Positions 1-13,931 of a stretch of 64,000 nucleotides of DNA are shown piece by piece. The notes below the pieces were generated by a model, which was not told the DNA's origin, searched no databases, and saw only the letters and a list, made by a program, of their open reading frames with translations. The DNA comes from the human T2T-CHM13v2.0 reference genome, Homo sapiens, in contig CP086569.2 of NCBI GenBank assembly GCA_009914755.4, forward strand, positions 12,448,001 through 12,512,000, written 5' to 3'. Made by a program: the position numbers and the translations under genes. Positions within the stretch are counted from its first letter, which is position 1. Each line of letters starts with the position of its first letter.

Positions 1-1176
1 GGATTAGAAAACAATGGGCTCGAATGGAATTTAATCAAGTCGAATTTAATGGAATGGAATGGAATGCAAAACTATGGAATAGCATCAAATGGAATGGAAC
101 AGAATAGAGTGGAATGGAATGGAATACACAGGTATAGAACAGACTCGAATGTAATGGATTGCAATGTAAGTGATTCAAAGGGAATGGAATCAAATGGAAT
201 ATAATCAAATGGAATGGAATGGAGTGCATTGGAATGGAATAAAATGGAATGCAAACAATGGTACAGAACTCATTTGAATCTAGAGGAATGGAATCGAATG
301 CAATGGAAAAGAATGGAATGGACACGAATGGAATGGATTGGAAACAAATGGAATGGAAAGGATTTTAATCATACAGAACAAAATAGAATGCAATGGACTC
401 GAATGAAATGGAGTCGAAGAGAATAGTATCAAATGGAAAGGAATGGAATGCAATCGAATCGAATGGAATGTTAATGAAATTAATTGAAAGGAATAGAATG
501 GAATGAAGTGTAACGGAAAGATATCGAATTGAATGGAATTGAATGGAATGGACACAAACGGAATGGACTGGAATGGAATGAACTCGAAAGGAATGGAATG
601 GAGCGGAACGGACTCGAGTGCAATGGAATCGAATGGTATAGAATAGAATGGAATGGAATGGAAAGGAATAGAAGGGAATGGAATCGGATCCAACGGGACA
701 GATTGGAATGGGGTAGAATTGAATAGAATCGAATGGAATGGCATCGAATGTAATGGAATGGAATGGACTCGAATGGAATGGAGTGACATGTAATGGAATC
801 GAAAGGAATGGAATCGAATGAAATGGAATTGAATGGAATAGAAAGGAATAGAATGGAATGGAGTTTAATGGAAAGATATTAAAAGTAATGGAATGGAATT
901 GAGTGGACACGAATGGAATGGACTGGAATGGAAAGGACTCGAATGAAATGGAGCGCATTAGAATGGACTCGAATGGAATGGATTGGAGTGGAATGGTCTC
1001 GAATGGATTGGAAACGAATGGAATGGAAAGGAGTAGAATGGAATGTAATCAAATGGAACGAAATGGAATGGAATGGATTCGACTGGAACAGAATTGAATG
1101 GAGTGGAATTGATTGGAATGGAATGCAATCGAATGGAATGAACACGAATGGAATAGAATGAAATGAAATGGCATAG

Positions 1177-1231
1177 AATGGAATGGAATGGAATGGAATG
1201 GAATGGAATGGAATGGAATGGAATGGAATGG
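1177..1231. repeat. Pure (AATGG)11 pentamer microsatellite tract within the HOR (landmark c/d boundary); length-polymorphic between copies
   Basis: 55 bp of perfect aatgg repeats. The homologous tract is 60 bp (12 units) at 5018-5077, and of other lengths in copies 6, 10 and 11. Confidence 0.9.
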
Positions 1232-2984
1232 CATGGCATGGAATGTGATGGAATGGAATGAAATTGATTGGAATGGGATGGGCCCAAAAGTAAAGGACTC
1301 AAATAAAAGGGACTCAAATAGAATGAATTGGAAAGAAACGGTCTCGAATGTAATTCATTCGAATGGAATGATATTGAATGGAATGCAATAGTATGGAATG
1401 GTATCGAATAGAATGGAATAGAATGGAATGGAATGGAACGGAATGGAGTGCATTTGAACGGACTCAAATGCAATAAATTGCAATATAATTGATTCAAATG
1501 GAATGGAATCGAATAGAATGTAAACAAACGGAATGGAAGGCAATGCAATGGAAAGGAATCGAATGAAATGGACCCGAGTGGAATGGACTCACATAGAACA
1601 GCCTTGAATGTAATGGATGACAATGTATTAGATTCGAAAGGACTGAAATCGAATGGAATGTAATCAAATAGAACGGAATTGAATGCATGGAATGGCATAG
1701 AAAGTAATGCAATGGAATGGAATAGACTGGAATGGAATGGAATCGGATGGAATGTAATGAAATGTAATGGAAGGAATGCCATGGAATGGAATGGAATGGA
1801 ATGCAATGGGCCGGTGTATAATGGAGTGCAATGGAATTCAGTGGAATGTAGTCAATAGGAATGAAATAGAATGGAATTCAATATAAGGGAATGGCATCCA
1901 ATGGCAAGGAATGGAGTGGACTCCAATGGAAACAACATGAAAGGAATATAATATAATGGAATGGCATTGAACGAAATGGAAAGCAATGGAGTTAAAAGGT
2001 AAGATATCGAATGGAAAAGAATTGAATGGACTCGAATGGAATATAACGGAATGGAATGGACTCGAATGGAATGTACTAGAGTTGAATGGAATCGAATGGA
2101 ATGGAAAACAGTGGAAAGGAAAGGAAGGGAATTGAAAGGAAAGGAATAGAATGGAATGGAATCGGATAGAATGGAATTGAATGGAATGGAAACTAAAGGA
2201 ATAGAATAGAAAGGAATGGCATTGAATGGAATGGAATGGAATGGAATCAGATGGAACAGAAAGGAATGGAATAGAATCGAATGGTATGGCATCGAATGGA
2301 TTGGAATGGAAAGGAATGGAATGAACTCGAATGGAATGTACTCAAATGGAATAGAATAGAATGGAATGGAAGTAAATATAATGGACTCGAATGGAATGGA
2401 TTGGAATAAATTGGAATTGAATGTATTGGATTCGATTGGAAAGGAATGGAATGGAATGGAATGGATTCGAATGGAATGGAATCGAATGGAATGGAACGAA
2501 TTGGAATGTAATTGAATGGCGTCGAAAACAGTAGAAAGAAATGAAGTTTAATCGAATGATATCGAATGGAATTGAATGGAATGTACGCGAATGGAATGGA
2601 CTGGAATGGAATGGACTCTATGGGAATGAAGAGGAGTGGAGTGGACTCGAATGTCATGGAGACGATTGGAATGGAAAGGAATGCAAAGGAATGGAATGGA
2701 ATGGAATCTGATGCATCGCAATGGAATGGAATGGGGTCGAATGGAATAGAATCGAAAGGAATGGCATCCAATGGAATGGAAACGAATTGAATGGAATGGC
2801 ATGGAATGGAATGGAAAGGAATATAATGGAAAGGAATCGGATGGAACGGAATGGAATGGAATGGAGTCGAATGGAATAGAATCTAATAGAATTGCATTGA
2901 TAGGAATGGAATCGAACGGACTCGAAAGGATTGGAGCCTAACAGAAGAGAATCGAACAGAATAGCATCAAATGGAATGGAAATG

Positions 2985-3030
2985 AATGGAATGGAATGGA
3001 ATGGAATGGAATGGAATGGAATGGAATGGA
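2985..3030. repeat. Pure (AATGG)9 tract (f-region); site of the duplication breakpoint in copy 2 and length-polymorphic between copies
   Basis: 46 bp here, against 56 bp at 16921-16976 and about 33 bp at 9261-9293. Confidence 0.9.
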
Positions 3031-3768
3031 CACACATGTAATGGACTTGAATGGAATGGAATCAAATAGAATGGACGCGAATGGAATGGTCTCGAATGGA
3101 ATTTATGAAAATAGAATGGAATCGAAATTCATTGAACATTATGGAATGGAATCAAATGGAATGAAATCGAATGGAAGGAACCGGAATGGAATGTACTGGA
3201 ATAGAACGGACTCGAATGTTACGGAAAGAAAAGTAAGTGATTCGGATGTCTTTTAATTGAATGGAATGAAATCAAATGGAATGGAAAGGAATAAAATGGA
3301 ATGGAATGAAATAGAATGCAATAGAATGGAAGGGAGTGGAGTCGAGTTGAATGGAATCGAATTGAATGGAATAGAATGGAATAGAATCAAATGGAATGGA
3401 TTCGAATGCAATGGAACCGAATGGAATGGACTGGAACATAATGGAATCGAAAGGAATGGAAAGGAATTGAATGCAATGGAAAGCAATGGAATCGAATGTA
3501 ATGGAGTCGTATGTAGTGGAGTCGAATGGAATGGAATCAAATGGAAGGAAAAGAATACAATCGAATGGAATAGAATAGAATGCAACAGAATGAAACGGAG
3601 TGGAATCGAGTGGGATGGAATAGAATTGAATGGAATGGAAAGGAATGGAATCGAATGGAATGGAATCGAATGGAATGGAACCGAATGGAATGGAATGGAA
3701 CAAAATGGAATTGAACAGATTAGAATCGAATGGATCCGAATCGAATGGAATGGATTATAATGGAATGG

Positions 3769-3799
3769 AATGGAATGGAATGGAATGGAATGGAATGGA
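3769..3799. repeat. Pure (GGAAT)n tract at the 3' end of each HOR unit; length-polymorphic
   Basis: About 31 bp here. About 50 bp at 10009-10058, and about 72 bp at 48151-48222. Confidence 0.85.
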
Positions 3800-4411
3800 C
3801 CCAAATGTAATGAACTCTAATGAAATGGACTTTAATAGAATGGATTAGAAAACAATGGGCTCGAATGGAATTTAATCAAGTCGAATTTAATGGAATGGAA
3901 TGGAATGCAAAACTATGGAATAGCATCAAATGGAATGGAACAGAATAGAGTGGAATGGAATGGAATACACAGGTATAGAACAGACTCGAATGTAATGGAT
4001 TGCAATGTAAGTGATTCAAAGGGAATGGAATCAAATGGAATATAATCAAATGGAATGGAATGGAGTGCATTGGAATGGAATAAAATGGAATGCAAACAAT
4101 GGTACAGAACTCATTTGAATCTAGAGGAATGGAATCGAATGCAATGGAAAAGAATGGAATGGACACGAATGGAATGGATTGGAAACAAATGGAATGGAAA
4201 GGATTTTAATCATACAGAACAAAATAGAATGCAATGGACTCGAATGAAATGGAGTCGAAGAGAATAGTATCAAATGGAAAGGAATGGAATGCAATCGAAT
4301 CGAATGGAATGTTAATGAAATTAATTGAAAGGAATAGAATGGAATGAAGTGTAACGGAAAGATATCGAATTGAATGGAATTGAATGGAATGGACACAAAC
4401 GGAATGGACTG

Positions 4412-6868
4412 GAATGGAATGAACTCGAAAGGAATGGAATGGAGCGGAACGGACTCGAGTGCAATGGAATCGAATGGTATAGAATAGAATGGAATGGAAT
4501 GGAAAGGAATAGAAGGGAATGGAATCGGATCCAACGGGACAGATTGGAATGGGGTAGAACTGAATAGAATCGAATGGAATGGCATCGAATGTAATGGAAT
4601 GGAATGGACTCGAATGGAATGGAGTGACATGTAATGGAATCGAAAGGAATGGAATCGAATGAAATGGAATTGAATGGAATAGAAAGGAATAGAATGGAAC
4701 GGAGTTTAATGGAAAGATATTAAAAGTAATGGAATGGAATTGAGTGGACACGAATGGAATGGACTGGAATGGAAAGGACTCCAATGAAATGGAGCGCATT
4801 AGAATGGACTCGAATGGAATGGATTGGAGTGGAATGGTCTCGAATGGATTGGAAACGAATGGAATGGAAAGGAGTAGAATGGAATGTAATCAAATGGAAC
4901 GAAATGGAATGGAATGGATTCGACTGGAACAGAATTGAATGGAGTGGAATTGATTGGAATGGAATGCAATCGAATGGAATGAACACGAATGGAATAGAAT
5001 GAAATGAAATGGCATAGAATGGAATGGAATGGAATGGAATGGAATGGAATGGAATGGAATGGAATGGAATGGAATGGCATGGCATGGAATGTGATGGAAT
5101 GGAATGAAATTGATTGGAATGGGATGGGCCCAAAAGTAAAGGACTCAAATAAAAGGGACTCAAATAGAATGAATTGGAAAGAAACGGTCTCGAATGTAAT
5201 TCATTCGAATGGAATGATATTGAATGGAATGCAATAGTATGGAATGGTATCGAATAGAATGGAATAGAATGGAATGGAATGGAACGGAATGGAGTGCATT
5301 TGAACGGACTCAAATGCAATAAATTGCAATATAATTGATTCAAATGGAATGGAATCGAATAGAATGTAAACAAACGGAATGGAAGGCAATGCAATGGAAA
5401 GGAATCGAATGAAATGGACCCGAGTGGAATGGACTCACATAGAACAGCCTTGAATGTAATGGATGACAATGTATTAGATTCGAAAGGACTGAAATCGAAT
5501 GGAATGTAATCAAATAGAACGGAATTGAATGCATGGAATGGCATAGAAAGTAATGCAATGGAATGGAATAGACTGGAATGGAATGGAATCGGATGGAATG
5601 TAATGAAATGTAATGGAAGGAATGCCATGGAATGGAATGGAATGGAATGCAATGGGCCGGTGTATAATGGAGTGCAATGGAATTCAGTGGAATGTAGTCA
5701 ATAGGAATGAAATAGAATGGAATTCAATATAAGGGAATGGCATCCAATGGCAAGGAATGGAGTGGACTCCAATGGAAACAACATGAAAGGAATATAATAT
5801 AATGGAATGGCATTGAACGAAATGGAAAGCAATGGAGTTAAAAGGTAAGATATCGAATGGAAAAGAATTGAATGGACTCGAATGGAATATAACGGAATGG
5901 AATGGACTCGAATGGAATGTACTAGAGTTGAATGGAATCGAATGGAATGGAAAACAGTGGAAAGGAAAGGAAGGGAATTGAAAGGAAAGGAATAGAATGG
6001 AATGGAATCGGATAGAATGGAATTGAATGGAATGGAAACTAAAGGAATAGAATAGAAAGGAATGGCATTGAATGGAATGGAATGGAATGGAATCAGATGG
6101 AACAGAAAGGAATGGAATAGAATCGAATGGTATGGCATCGAATGGATTGGAATGGAAAGGAATGGAATGAACTCGAATGGAATGTACTCAAATGGAATAG
6201 AATAGAATGGAATGGAAGTAAATATAATGGACTCGAATGGAATGGATTGGAATAAATTGGAATTGAATGTATTGGATTCGATTGGAAAGGAATGGAATGG
6301 AATGGAATGGATTCGAATGGAATGGAATCGAATGGAATGGAACGAATTGGAATGTAATTGAATGGCGTCGAAAACAGTAGAAAGAAATGAAGTTTAATCG
6401 AATGATATCGAATGGAATTGAATGGAATGTACGCGAATGGAATGGACTGGAATGGAATGGACTCTATGGGAATGAAGAGGAGTGGAGTGGACTCGAATGT
6501 CATGGAGACGATTGGAATGGAAAGGAATGCAAAGGAATGGAATGGAATGGAATCTGATGCTTCGCAATGGAATGGAATGGGGTCGAATGGAATAGAATCG
6601 AAAGGAATGGCATCCAATGGAATGGAAACGAATTGAATGGAATGGCATGGAATGGAATGGAAAGGAATATAATGGAAAGGAATCGGATGGAACGGAATGG
6701 AATGTAATGGAGTCGAATGGAATAGAATCTAATAGAATTGCATTGATAGGAATGGAATCGAACGGACTCGAAAGGATTGGAGCCTAACAGAAGAGAATCG
6801 AACAGAATAGCATCAAATGGAATGGAAATGAATGGAATGGAATGGAATGGAATGGAATGGAATGGAAT
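4412..6868. repeat. First copy of the ~2.4 kb intra-HOR tandem duplication (equivalent to unit positions ~570-3030)
   Basis: Collinear with 6869..9293. Compare ORF sets 4720..5652 / 5698..6138 / 6093..6617 with 7338..8090 / 8136..8576 / 8531..9055. Confidence 0.8.
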
Positions 6869-9293
6869 GAACTCGAAAGGAATGGAATGGAGCGGAACGG
6901 ACTCGAGTGCAATGGAATCGAATGGTATAGAATAGAATGGAATGGAATGGAAAGGAATAGAAGGGAATGGAATCGGATCCAACGGGACAGATTGGAATGG
7001 GGTAGAATTGAATAGAATCGAATGGAATGGCATCGAATGTAATGGAATGGAATGGACTCGAATGGAATGGAGTGACATGTAATGGAATCGAAAGGAATGG
7101 AATCGAATGAAATGGAATTGAATGGAATAGAAAGGAATAGAATGGAATGGAGTTTAATGGAAAGATATTAAAAGTAATGGAATGGAATTGAGTGGACACG
7201 AATGGAATGGACTGGAATGGAAAGGACTCGAATGAAATGGAGCGCATTAGAATGGACTCGAATGGAATGGATTGGAGTGGAATGGTCTCGAATGGATTGG
7301 AAACGAATGGAATGGAAAGGAGTAGAATGGAATGTAATCAAATGGAACGAAATGGAATGGAATGGATTCGACTGGAACAGAATTGAATGGAGTGGAATTG
7401 ATTGGAATGGAATGCAATCGAATGGAATGAACACGAATGGAATAGAATGAAATGAAATGGCATAGAATGGAATGGAATGGAATGGAATGGAATGGAATGG
7501 AATGGAATGGAATGGAATGGCATGGAATGTGATGGAATGGAATGAAATTGATTGGAATGGGATGGGCCCAAAAGTAAAGGACTCAAATAAAAGGGACTCA
7601 AATAGAATGAATTGGAAAGAAACGGTCTCGAATGTAATTCATTCGAATGGAATGATATTGAATGGAATGCAATAGTATGGAATGGTATCGAATAGAATGG
7701 AATAGAATGGAATGGAATGGAACGGAATGGAGTGCATTTGAACGGACTCAAATGCAATAAATTGCAATATAATTGATTCAAATGGAATGGAATCGAATAG
7801 AATGTAAACAAACGGAATGGAAGGCAATGCAATGGAAAGGAATCGAATGAAATGGACCCGAGTGGAATGGACTCACGTAGAACAGCCTTGAATGTAATGG
7901 ATGACAATGTATTAGATTCGAAAGGACTGAAATCGAATGGAATGTAATCAAATAGAACGGAATTGAATGCATGGAATGGCATAGAAAGTAATGCAATGGA
8001 ATGGAATAGACTGGAATGGAATGGAATCGGATGGAATGTAATGAAATGTAATGGAAGGAATGCCATGGAATGGAATGGAATGGAATGCAATGGGCCGGTG
8101 TATAATGGAGTGCAATGGAATTCAGTGGAATGTAGTCAATAGGAATGAAATAGAATGGAATTCAATATAAGGGAATGGCATCCAATGGCAAGGAATGGAG
8201 TGGACTCCAATGGAAACAACATGAAAGGAATATAATATAATGGAATGGCATTGAACGAAATGGAAAGCAATGGAGTTAAAAGGTAAGATATCGAATGGAA
8301 AAGAATTGAATGGACTCGAATGGAATATAACGGAATGGAATGGACTCGAATGGAATGTACTAGAGTTGAATGGAATCGAATGGAATGGAAAACAGTGGAA
8401 AGGAAAGGAAGGGAATTGAAAGGAAAGGAATAGAATGGAATGGAATCGGATAGAATGGAATTGAATGGAATGGAAACTAAAGGAATAGAATAGAAAGGAA
8501 TGGCATTGAATGGAATGGAATGGAATGGAATCAGATGGAACAGAAAGGAATGGAATAGAATCGAATGGTATGGCATCGAATGGATTGGAATGGAAAGGAA
8601 TGGAATGAACTCGAATGGAATGTACTCAAATGGAATAGAATAGAATGGAATGGAAGTAAATATAATGGACTCGAATGGAATGGATTGGAATAAATTGGAA
8701 TTGAATGTATTGGATTCGATTGGAAAGGAATGGAATGGAATGGAATGGATTCGAATGGAATGGAATCGAATGGAATGGAACGAATTGGAATGTAATTGAA
8801 TGGCGTCGAAAACAGTAGAAAGAAATGAAGTTTAATCGAATGATATCGAATGGAATTGAATGGAATGTACGCGAATGGAATGGACTGGAATGGAATGGAC
8901 TCTATGGGAATGAAGACGAGTGGAGTGGACTCGAATGTCATGGAGACGATTGGAATGGAAAGGAATGCAAAGGAATGGAATGGAATGGAATCTGATGCAT
9001 CGCAATGGAATGGAATGGGGTCGAATGGAATAGAATCGAAAGGAATGGCATCCAATGGAATGGAAACGAATTGAATGGAATGGCATGGAATGGAATGGAA
9101 AGGAATATAATGGAAAGGAATCGGATGGAACGGAATGGAATGTAATGGAGTCGAATGGAATAGAATCTAATAGAATTGCATTGATAGGAATGGAATCGAA
9201 CGGACTCGAAAGGATTGGAGCCTAACAGAAGAGAATCGAACAGAATAGCATCAAATGGAATGGAAATGAATGGAATGGAATGGAATGGAATGG
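6869..9293. repeat. Second copy of the ~2.4 kb intra-HOR tandem duplication
   Basis: It restarts at ggaatgaactcgaaaggaatggaatggagcggaacgg (equivalent to unit position ~575) directly after the f-region (ggaat)n tract, and then runs through landmarks b-f again. Confidence 0.8.
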
Positions 9294-10100
9294 ACACACA
9301 TGTAATGGACTTGAATGGAATGGAATCAAATAGAATGGACGCGAATGGAATGGTCTCGAATGGAATTTATGAAAATAGAATGGAATCGAAATTCATTGAA
9401 CATTATGGAATGGAATCAAATGGAATGAAATCGAATGGAAGGAACCGGAATGGAATGTACTGGAATAGAACGGACTCGAATGTTACGGAAAGAAAAGTAA
9501 GTGATTCGGATGTCTTTTAATTGAATGGAATGAAATCAAATGGAATGGAAAGGAATAAAATGGAATGGAATGAAATAGAATGCAATAGAATGGAAGGGAG
9601 TGGAGTCGAGTTGAATGGAATCGAATTGAATGGAATAGAATGGAATAGAATCAAATGGAATGGATTCGAATGCAATGGAACCGAATGGAATGGACTGGAA
9701 CATAATGGAATCGAAAGGAATGGAAAGGAATTGAATGCAATGGAAAGCAATGGAATCGAATGTAATGGAGTCGTATGTAGTGGAGTCGAATGGAATGGAA
9801 TCAAATGGAAGGAAAAGAATACAATCGAATGGAATAGAATAGAATGCAACAGAATGAAACGGAGTGGAATCGAGTGGGATGGAATAGAATTGAATGGAAT
9901 GGAAAGGAATGGAATCGAATGGAATGGAACCGAATGGAATGGAATGGAACAAAATGGAATTGAACAGATTAGAATCGAATGGATCCGAATCGAATGGAAT
10001 GGAATATAATGGAATGGAATGGAATGGAATGGAATGGAATGGAATGGAATGGAATGGACCCAAAGGTAATGAACTCTAATGAAATGGACTTTAATAGAAT

Positions 10101-13100
10101 GGATTAGAAAACAATGGGCTCGAATGGAATTTAATCAAGTCGAATTTAATGGAATGGAATGGAATGCAAAACTATGGAATAGCATCAAATGGAATGGAAC
10201 AGAATAGAGTGGAATGGAATGGAATACACAGGTATAGAACAGACTCGAATGTAATGGATTGCAATGTAAGTGATTCAAAGGGAATGGAATCAAATGGAAT
10301 ATAATCAAATGGAATGGAATGGAGTGCATTGGAATGGAATAAAATGGAATGCAAACAATGGTACAGAACTCATTTGAATGTAGAGGAATGGAATCGAATG
10401 CAATGGAAAAGAATGGAATGGACACGAATGGAATGGATTGGAAACAAATGGAATGGAAAGGATTTTAATCATACAGAACAAAATAGAATGCAATGGACTC
10501 GAATGAAATGGAGTCGAAGAGAATAGTATCAAATGGAAAGGAATGGAATGCAATCGAATCGAATGGAATGTTAATGAAATTAATTGAAAGGAATAGAATG
10601 GAATGAAGTGTAAAGGAAAGATATCGAATTGAATGGAATTGAATGGAATGGACACAAACGGAATGGACTGGAATGGAATGAACTCGAAAGGAATGGAATG
10701 GAGCGGAACGGACTCGAGTGCAATGGAATCGAATGGTATAGAATAGAATGGAATGGAATGGAAAGGAATAGAAGGGAATGGAATCGGATCCAACGGGACA
10801 GATTGGAATGGGGTAGAATTGAATAGAATCGAATGGAATGGCATCGAATGTAATGGAATGGAATGGACTCGAATGGAATGGAGTGACATGTAATGGAATC
10901 GAAAGGAATGGAATCGAATGAAATGGAATTGAATGGAATAGAAAGGAATAGAATGGAATGGAGTTTAATGGAAAGATATTAAAAGTAATGGAATGGAATT
11001 GAGTGGACACGAATGGAATGGACTGGAATGGAAAGGACTCGAATGAAATGGAGCGCATTAGAATGGACTCGAATGGAATGGATTGGAGTGGAATGGTCTC
11101 GAATGGATTGGAAACGAATGGAATGGAAAGGAGTAGAATGGAATGTAATCAAATGGAACGAAATGGAATGGAATGGATTCGACTGGAACAGAATTGAATG
11201 GAGTGGAATTGATTGGAATGGAATGCAATCGAATGGAATGAACACGAATGGAATAGAATGAAATGAAATGGCATAGAATGGAATGGAATGGAATGGAATG
11301 GAATGGAATGGAATGGAATGGAATGGAATGGCATGGAATGTGATGGAATGGAATGAAATTGATTGGAATGGGATGGGCCCAAAAGTAAAGGACTCAAATA
11401 AAAGGGACTCAAATAGAATGAATTGGAAAGAAACGGTCTCGAATGTAATTCATTCGAATGGAATGATATTGAATGGAATGCAATAGTATGGAATGGTATC
11501 GAATAGAATGGAATAGAATGGAATGGAATGGAACGGAATGGAGTGCATTTGAACGGACTCAAATGCAATAAATTGCAATATAATTGATTCAAATGGAATG
11601 GAATCGAATAGAATGTAAACAAACGGAATGGAAGGCAATGCAATGGAAAGGAATCGAATGAAATGGACCCGAGTGGAATGGACTCACGTAGAACAGCCTT
11701 GAATGTAATGGATGACAATGTATTAGATTCGAAAGGACTGAAATCGAATGGAATGTAATCAAATAGAACGGAATTGAATGCATGGAATGGCATAGAAAGT
11801 AATGCAATGGAATGGAATAGACTGGAATGGAATGGAATCGGATGGAATGTAATGAAATGTAATGGAAGGAATGCCATGGAATGGAATGGAATGGAATGCA
11901 ATGGGCCGGTGTATAATGGAGTGCAATGGAATTCAGTGGAATGTAGTCAATAGGAATGAAATAGAATGGAATTCAATATAAGGGAATGGCATCCAATGGC
12001 AAGGAATGGAGTGGACTCCAATGGAAACAACATGAAAGGAATATAATATAATGGAATGGCATTGAACGAAATGGAAAGCAATGGAGTTAAAAGGTAAGAT
12101 ATCGAATGGAAAAGAATTGAATGGACTCGAATGGAATATAACGGAATGGAATGGACTCGAATGGAATGTACTAGAGTTGAATGGAATCGAATGGAATGGA
12201 AAACAGTGGAAAGGAAAGGAAGGGAATTGAAAGGAAAGGAATAGAATGGAATGGAATCGGATAGAATGGAATTGAATGGAATGGAAACTAAAGGAATAGA
12301 ATAGAAAGGAATGGCATTGAATGGAATGGAATGGAATGGAATCAGATGGAACAGAAAGGAATGGAATAGAATCGAATGGTATGGCATCGAATGGATTGGA
12401 ATGGAAAGGAATGGAATGAACTCGAATGGAATGTACTCAAATGGAATAGAATAGAATGGAATGGAAGTAAATATAATGGACTCGAATGGAATGGATTGGA
12501 ATAAATTGGAATTGAATGTATTGGATTCGATTGGAAAGGAATGGAATGGAATGGAATGGATTCGAATGGAATGGAATCGAATGGAATGGAACGAATTGGA
12601 ATGTAATTGAATGGCGTCGAAAACAGTAGAAAGAAATGAAGTTTAATCGAATGATATCGAATGGAATTGAATGGAATGTACGCGAATGGAATGGACTGGA
12701 ATGGAATGGACTCTATGGGAATGAAGAGGAGTGGAGTGGACTCGAATGTCATGGAGACGATTGGAATGGAAAGGAATGCAAAGGAATGGAATGGAATGGA
12801 ATCTGATGCATCGCAATGGAATGGAATGGGGTCGAATGGAATAGAATCGAAAGGAATGGCATCCAATGGAATGGAAACGAATTGAATGGAATGGCATGGA
12901 ATGGAATGGAAAGGAATATAATGGAAAGGAATCGGATGGAACGGAATGGAATGTAATGGAGTCGAATGGAATAGAATCTAATAGAATTGCATTGATAGGA
13001 ATGGAATCGAACGGACTCGAAAGGATTGGAGCCTAACAGAAGAGAATCGAACAGAATAGCATCAAATGGAATGGAAATGAATGGAATGGAATGGAATGGA

Positions 13101-13931
13101 ATGGAATGGAATGGAATGGAATGGACACACATGTAATGGACTTGAATGGAATGGAATCAAATAGAATGGACGCGAATGGAATGGTCTCGAATGGAATTTA
13201 TGAAAATAGAATGGAATCGAAATTCATTGAACATTATGGAATGGAATCAAATGGAATGAAATCGAATGGAAGGAACCGGAATGGAATGTACTGGAATAGA
13301 ACGGACTCGAATGTTACGGAAAGAAAAGTAAGTGATTCGGATGTCTTTTAATTGAATGGAATGAAATCAAATGGAATGGAAAGGAATAAAATGGAATGGA
13401 ATGAAATAGAATGCAATAGAATGGAAGGGAGTGGAGTCGAGTTGAATGGAATCGAATTGAATGGAATAGAATGGAATAGAATCAAATGGAATGGATTCGA
13501 ATGCAATGGAACCGAATGGAATGGACTGGAACATAATGGAATCGAAAGGAATGGAAAGGAATTGAATGCAATGGAAAGCAATGGAATCGAATGTAATGGA
13601 GTCGTATGTAGTGGAGTCGAATGGAATGGAATCAAATGGAAGGAAAAGAATACAATCGAATGGAATAGAATAGAATGCAACAGAATGAAACGGAGTGGAA
13701 TCGAGTGGGATGGAATAGAATTGAATGGAATGGAAAGGAATGGAATCGAATGGAATGGAACCGAATGGAATGGAATGGAACAAAATGGAATTGAACAGAT
13801 TAGAATCGAATGGATCCGAATCGAATGGAATGGAATATAATGGAATGGAATGGAATGGAATGGAATGGAATGGAATGGAATGGAATGGACCCAAAGGTAA
13901 TGAACTCTAATGAAATGGACTTTAATAGAAT
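10101..13931. repeat. HOR copy 3, short form (3831 bp)
   Basis: Marker at 10101. Same landmark ORF series (10135..10425 through 13367..13894). Confidence 0.9.

Larger units (their letters stand above)
1..3841. repeat. HOR copy 1, short form (3841 bp)
   Basis: Unit start marker ggattagaaaacaatgggctcg at 1 and next at 3842. The internal ORF-artefact series (35..325, 365..958, 958..1806, 1852..2292, 2247..2771, 2654..3037, 3253..3804) defines landmark order a-b-c-d-e-f-g. Confidence 0.9.
3842..10100. repeat. HOR copy 2, duplicated form (6259 bp), carrying an internal tandem duplication of landmarks b-f
   Basis: Landmark order is a-b-c-d-e-f then b-c-d-e-f-g. Minus-strand artefact ORF 6500..7078 fuses the f-region protein with the a/b-region protein. 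The junction lies inside the (ggaat)n run at about 6829-6868. Confidence 0.85.

Noticed and set aside
214-426. Plus-strand MEWNGMEWNG-type ORFs throughout the window
   Set aside because: They are the reading of (GGAAT)n in all three forward frames (GGA-ATG-GAA-TGG-AAT). The periodic ATG codons create apparent starts. They are repeat artefacts.
1000-1020. CENP-B-box-like motif (attggaaacgaatgg)
   Set aside because: It lacks the essential CGGG core of the 17-bp CENP-B box (nTTCGnnnnAnnCGGGn). It is only a partial resemblance in an A/G-rich repeat.
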